Assembly (NCBI GenBank): GCA_964388035.1
Contig: CAYLZE010000092.1
Coordinates: 1 to 20,826, forward strand
From: an uncultured archaeon
GTDB lineage: Archaea > Asgardarchaeota > Lokiarchaeia > Sigyniarchaeales > SOKP01
DNA length: 20,826 bases
Direction: 5' to 3'
Both the position numbers and the translations under genes were made by a program. Shown here piece after piece: positions 17,391-20,826 of this stretch. The notes beneath the pieces were generated by a model, which made no database searches, was not told the origin of the DNA, and worked only from the letters and a program-made list of their open reading frames with translations. The stretch's first letter is position 1; the number at the start of each line of letters is the position of its first letter.

Positions 17391-18389
17391 ATGCCAACTT
17401 GCAACCATTGCGGACGGGAAGTGGGAGAAGTTTATTATTGTAAGGAGTGTGGTTATAATTATTGCAACCTGCATATTAAACCCGAAGATCATGATTGTAA
17501 CATTATCCGTGAATATTCTCAAAATTCTTCGGTTTCTACGAACTTGCCTGCAAATGGAGTACAAGGACGAGGAGAAGGAATTTCCTCCGAAATGCAAGAA
17601 GTTATTGAAACAAACATGACAGAGAAGCGGGGGACAATCGATGGATCGTACACGTGGTATAAGGAAGAATCGTATATTCCTGAAAATGCTTTTGATCCAA
17701 ATTCAGGAGTGGAATTTAAAGGGATTTTATTTGCACATAAATCGGAAATCACTCATTTCATTGTTGGGGCTCTTTTAATTTTTCTAATAGGAGCACTGGG
17801 ATTTTATGATCAAACCTTAATAGATTTTGGGTTGGGTTGGGCCATTTTTCTTTTGGCAGGTTTTTACACCTCAGCATTTTTATTTCATGAATTAGGACAT
17901 CGTCAAGTGGCTCGTCATTATGGTCTTCAAACTAAATTCCGATTGCTCACTTATGGAATAGCGCTAACTTTAATCAGCTTATTTTTAGGAATCGGTTCCC
18001 TATTCGCCATCATCCCACCCCTTCCTACGTTAGCTCTTCCTGGAGCGGTGGTGGTCTTAGGATTAGAGAAAATTGATAAAAAAACGGGACTTTGTAAAGC
18101 AGCAGGTCCTGCGGTTAATTTAATATATGGTTTTATCTTATTGATCATATCTTTTATAATATCGAAGGAGTTCTACCCATTAAACATGTTTGTGGGGTAT
18201 GCGGCAGCGATGAATTTTATTCTGGGGAGCTTTAACTTGATTCCACTAGGGATATTAGACGGGTATAATATTTTTAAATGGAATAAAACGTATTATTTCA
18301 TCTTAATATCTTCCTTGGTAATACTCTTAGTCATTACACTTGCTAATGTCTATGCTCCTATTGAATTCTCTAATTACTACCCTAAATAA
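17391..18389 (+). CDS. AN1-type zinc finger fused to a site-2 protease (M50 family) intramembrane metalloprotease
   Basis: N-terminal Cx2C-x9-Cx2C-x4-Cx2H-x5-HxC; several TM segments; intact HELGH (H166), AAGPAVN and FNLIPLGILDG motifs. Confidence 0.9.
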   Translation: MPTCNHCGREVGEVYYCKECGYNYCNLHIKPEDHDCNIIREYSQNSSVSTNLPANGVQGRGEGISSEMQEVIETNMTEKRGTIDGSYTWYKEESYIPENAFDPNSGVEFKGILFAHKSEITHFIVGALLIFLIGALGFYDQTLIDFGLGWAIFLLAGFYTSAFLFHELGHRQVARHYGLQTKFRLLTYGIALTLISLFLGIGSLFAIIPPLPTLALPGAVVVLGLEKIDKKTGLCKAAGPAVNLIYGFILLIISFIISKEFYPLNMFVGYAAAMNFILGSFNLIPLGILDGYNIFKWNKTYYFILISSLVILLVITLANVYAPIEFSNYYPK

Positions 18390-18547
18390 GGATTTTTTAA
18401 TGGCGGTATTTATTTCTGATATCTTAAGTGAAATTAATAAAAATAATCAAGATGGTTTAATTTTTTAAAGGGCAAATTAATAAAATAATGTTCCATTAAT
18501 TCAAACTATATTAATAAAGGAAATAGTTTATTTAATACGGTTTTATC

Positions 18548-19480
18548 ATGCCTAATTGCGATTATTGTCAAGAAGAGATTGGGTATCTCCCTTTTAGATG
18601 TAAATATTGTGGAGGAATTTATTGTAAGAATCATCGTTTACCCGAAAATCATGAATGCACCTTTCAAATGCTCCAAAAGCCCATTGAAACTCAAAAACCT
18701 AAACCTCTTTATCCCCAGAGTTCTCAAAAAAGTGAAGAGATCACCAAGTTCGAGAAAGCCGAATTACGGAGACAAAAGAGATATGCTAAACAACAAGAAA
18801 AACAACGAGCAAGAGCAAGAAGTCCATATGCTGGTGTTCGTGCGCCACCACAATCTTATCCCTTTCAGAGAAGGAATGTTTCGATATACCTCTTATTAGT
18901 CATATTCATAACTTCGATAGTAGCTTTAGTTTTTCCCAATTATCTCTGCTTGAGCAGTTACACGATTTTAAATTTTTACGTGTGGACTTTAATAACCTCA
19001 CTATTCGTAAGTTATTCATCTAGTTATATTGGCATCTTATTTCTCTTAATCTTAGTCTTGATTTTTTATAGTATTATCAAGAATTTAGAACTTACCTTCG
19101 GAACGAGATTTTTATTAACCCTTTATTTGGTCTGCGCATTAGGATCGGCTATCGTTTACTTTTTAATTTGGTTCGGGTTAAGTTACATTACCAACCCTTA
19201 TGATATTCCCGTTGCTGGTTTGGCCATTGGAGCTTTAATGGGCATGATATGTTTCATGATTTATTTTAACATGAATCAAGAGATGACGTTTTTATTCTTC
19301 TTCATTCCCATCCGAATGCGGGGAAAGATCTTAATATGGTTATTGATCCTAATTAATTTAATCCCGGGACTTCTCTTTGCGCTTTTCAGTCCACTTTATT
19401 TAGCCATTTACATTCCGGATTTGGGAGGGATATTGGCATCTTACTTGGTTTTTAAATTGAAATTTCAAATTAGAGTATAG
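18548..19480 (+). CDS. AN1-type zinc finger fused to a rhomboid-fold membrane domain, predicted catalytically inactive
   Basis: N-terminal Cx2C-x10-Cx2C-x4-Cx2H-x5-HxC. Rhomboid landmarks WTLITSLF, LE...G..FL..YL and FFFIPIRM are present, but GxSG is replaced by GLAIG and HLGG by DLGG. Confidence 0.82.
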   Translation: MPNCDYCQEEIGYLPFRCKYCGGIYCKNHRLPENHECTFQMLQKPIETQKPKPLYPQSSQKSEEITKFEKAELRRQKRYAKQQEKQRARARSPYAGVRAPPQSYPFQRRNVSIYLLLVIFITSIVALVFPNYLCLSSYTILNFYVWTLITSLFVSYSSSYIGILFLLILVLIFYSIIKNLELTFGTRFLLTLYLVCALGSAIVYFLIWFGLSYITNPYDIPVAGLAIGALMGMICFMIYFNMNQEMTFLFFFIPIRMRGKILIWLLILINLIPGLLFALFSPLYLAIYIPDLGGILASYLVFKLKFQIRV

Positions 19481-19485
19481 ATGTC

Positions 19486-19506
19486 AAAGGGGAGTGCCTT
19501 TTTTTT
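19486..19506 (+). terminator. Possible terminator after the AN1-rhomboid gene
   Basis: AAAGG-ggagtg-CCTTT mini-hairpin running into a T8 tract just after the stop codon. Confidence 0.35.
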
Positions 19507-19627
19507 AATTTTATATCAAGGAAATTTCTTTAAAGGTATTGAATTCATTTAATATAATTTAAATGATTTGTTTTTCATAATTACTTTATATTCTTATTAG
19601 ATTAATTCGTAAATTTAGATTCTTAAA

Positions 19628-20305
19628 ATGACCGAAAAAAAGGGATCTTCCATCGTTATTGAATTGAATGAAGATTTAATTCAAAACAATGAAGTATTAG
19701 CAAAAAAAAATCGTGAACTTTTGATAGGAAAAAAAATAAGGTTTTTTGAAATCGTTGGGGCGATTGGAGCCGGCAAAACGGCCATCCTGGAAAAAATAAC
19801 GGAACAATTATCCTCTAAATATAAAATTCTGGTAATAAATGGAGATGTGACTACCCGGATTGATGCAGATCGAATTGAACAACACGGTGCCACCACCATC
19901 CAAATAAACACGGGCCGGGAATGTGCACTTAATTCTTACCATATCTCCCAAGTAGTTAAGAATATAGACTTGGACGAATTTTCAGGCGGAATTCTATTCG
20001 TGGAAAACGTGGGAAATTTAATTTGTCCCTCCGATTTTATATTAGGAGCAGAGAAAAGAATCATAGTTGTTTCGATTACTGAGGGGGAATGGGTGGTTAA
20101 AAAACACCCATTATTATTTAAAATGTCGGATATCGCAATAATTAATAAAATTGATTTGAATGATATCCTTGAGATAAATATTGAGAATATGGTTGACGAT
20201 GCTAGAAATATCAATCCCAATTTGAGCATTTTCACGGTTAGCGCACTAACGGGAGAAGGTTTATCAGAAGTCATCAATGCATTGGATATAGACAATACTC
20301 ATTAA
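19628..20305 (+). CDS. hypB: HypB-like nickel-insertion GTPase (G3E family)
   Basis: GAIGAGKT, DADRI, INTGREC, ENVGNLICP, SITEG...KHP, NKID and SALTGEG. No His-rich N-terminus. Confidence 0.9.
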   Translation: MTEKKGSSIVIELNEDLIQNNEVLAKKNRELLIGKKIRFFEIVGAIGAGKTAILEKITEQLSSKYKILVINGDVTTRIDADRIEQHGATTIQINTGRECALNSYHISQVVKNIDLDEFSGGILFVENVGNLICPSDFILGAEKRIIVVSITEGEWVVKKHPLLFKMSDIAIINKIDLNDILEINIENMVDDARNINPNLSIFTVSALTGEGLSEVINALDIDNTH

Positions 20306-20369
20306 AAATTAAAGCAATGATAACAATAATATAATAAGGATAATCAAATCAAAAAGAATTGGTTCGAAA

Positions 20370-20792
20370 TTGTATCGTCAGTATAATACGGAATTGCAGT
20401 CCTTAATAGATAAAATTGTAAAGGTTTATGGAGATAATGAAAAATTCTTCGTGGGGCAATTAAAAGGTGTCTCGGAGGAGTCCAACCTTATCCTCGTTAA
20501 TGCTAAAAACGAAAAAAATAAGGTGTTTCCAAAAATATTAATTAGCAAGACCTTTTTTAGTTATGTGACACTAGAAGATGAACCTTTCCCAATGAAGGCA
20601 TTAGCAGATCGCATCTCGACGATCTTCTCTAAAGGACACGTGCAATATTTAGAGTCAGAAAACGTGATTTCCATTTTAAATGGCAAAATTATCGTGGATG
20701 CCGTGAATGGAGTTCGCGGAGAGGGTCCTTCTGCGGAAAGAGTAAAAAAGATATATGATCAATTCAAGATAGACCTTGAAGAATCTTCTTGA
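20370..20792 (+). CDS. Augmented Sm-like archaeal protein (SmAP3 type: Sm fold plus C-terminal domain)
   Basis: ELQSLIDKIVKV...GQLKGV...NLILVNA Sm fold, followed by a C-terminal domain ending GVRGEGPSAERVKKIYDQF. TTG start. Confidence 0.85.
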   Translation: MYRQYNTELQSLIDKIVKVYGDNEKFFVGQLKGVSEESNLILVNAKNEKNKVFPKILISKTFFSYVTLEDEPFPMKALADRISTIFSKGHVQYLESENVISILNGKIIVDAVNGVRGEGPSAERVKKIYDQFKIDLEESS

Positions 20793-20826
20793 AGAAACAT
20801 TTAATTTTATTTTTTTTAAAGAAAAG

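Noticed and set aside
19478-19552. Possible amber read-through or small ORF after the AN1-rhomboid TAG (in-frame ATG follows)
   Set aside because: Only 23 codons through T-rich terminator-like DNA, and no pyrrolysine machinery in the window.
1190-20295. Short track ORFs nested in or antisense to recognised genes (e.g. 3873..4202, 9502..9783, 15241..15540, 17346..17597, 18579..18899, 19936..20295)
   Set aside because: They overlap well-supported conserved genes and have no recognisable motifs.
1-20826. Selenoprotein read-through/SECIS, CRISPR array, tRNA/rRNA, transposase, integrase or reverse transcriptase
   Set aside because: Recognised proteins appear full length with no internal TGA. No regularly spaced repeats, cloverleafs or mobile-element motifs were seen by eye.

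Overview
AT-rich archaeal chromosomal segment. Gene content and protein style suggest an Asgard archaeon of the Lokiarchaeia type (inference, no database search). Most of the window is housekeeping: partial rpl2, gatE-gatD, elp3, pyrD-pyrK, nop5-fibrillarin, rnhB, a conserved archaeal HTH regulator, archaeal MAT, a HypB-like GTPase and an SmAP3-type Lsm. Two accessory islands stand out. (1) 4.4-7.1 kb: two full-length tandem paralogues of unknown function with a ribbon-helix-helix-like N-terminus, next to a structured non-coding element with a K-loop-like motif. (2) 16.3-19.5 kb: a Zn-ribbon microprotein, a LITAF-like membrane Zn-ribbon protein, a candidate C/D-box RNA, and two tandem AN1-zinc-finger/intramembrane-protease fusions, one an intact site-2 (M50) protease and the other a rhomboid-fold protein lacking both catalytic residues. 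The second island is the best candidate for an undescribed system: a possible ERAD/Derlin-like membrane protein quality-control module. No tRNA, rRNA, CRISPR array or mobile element was recognised.
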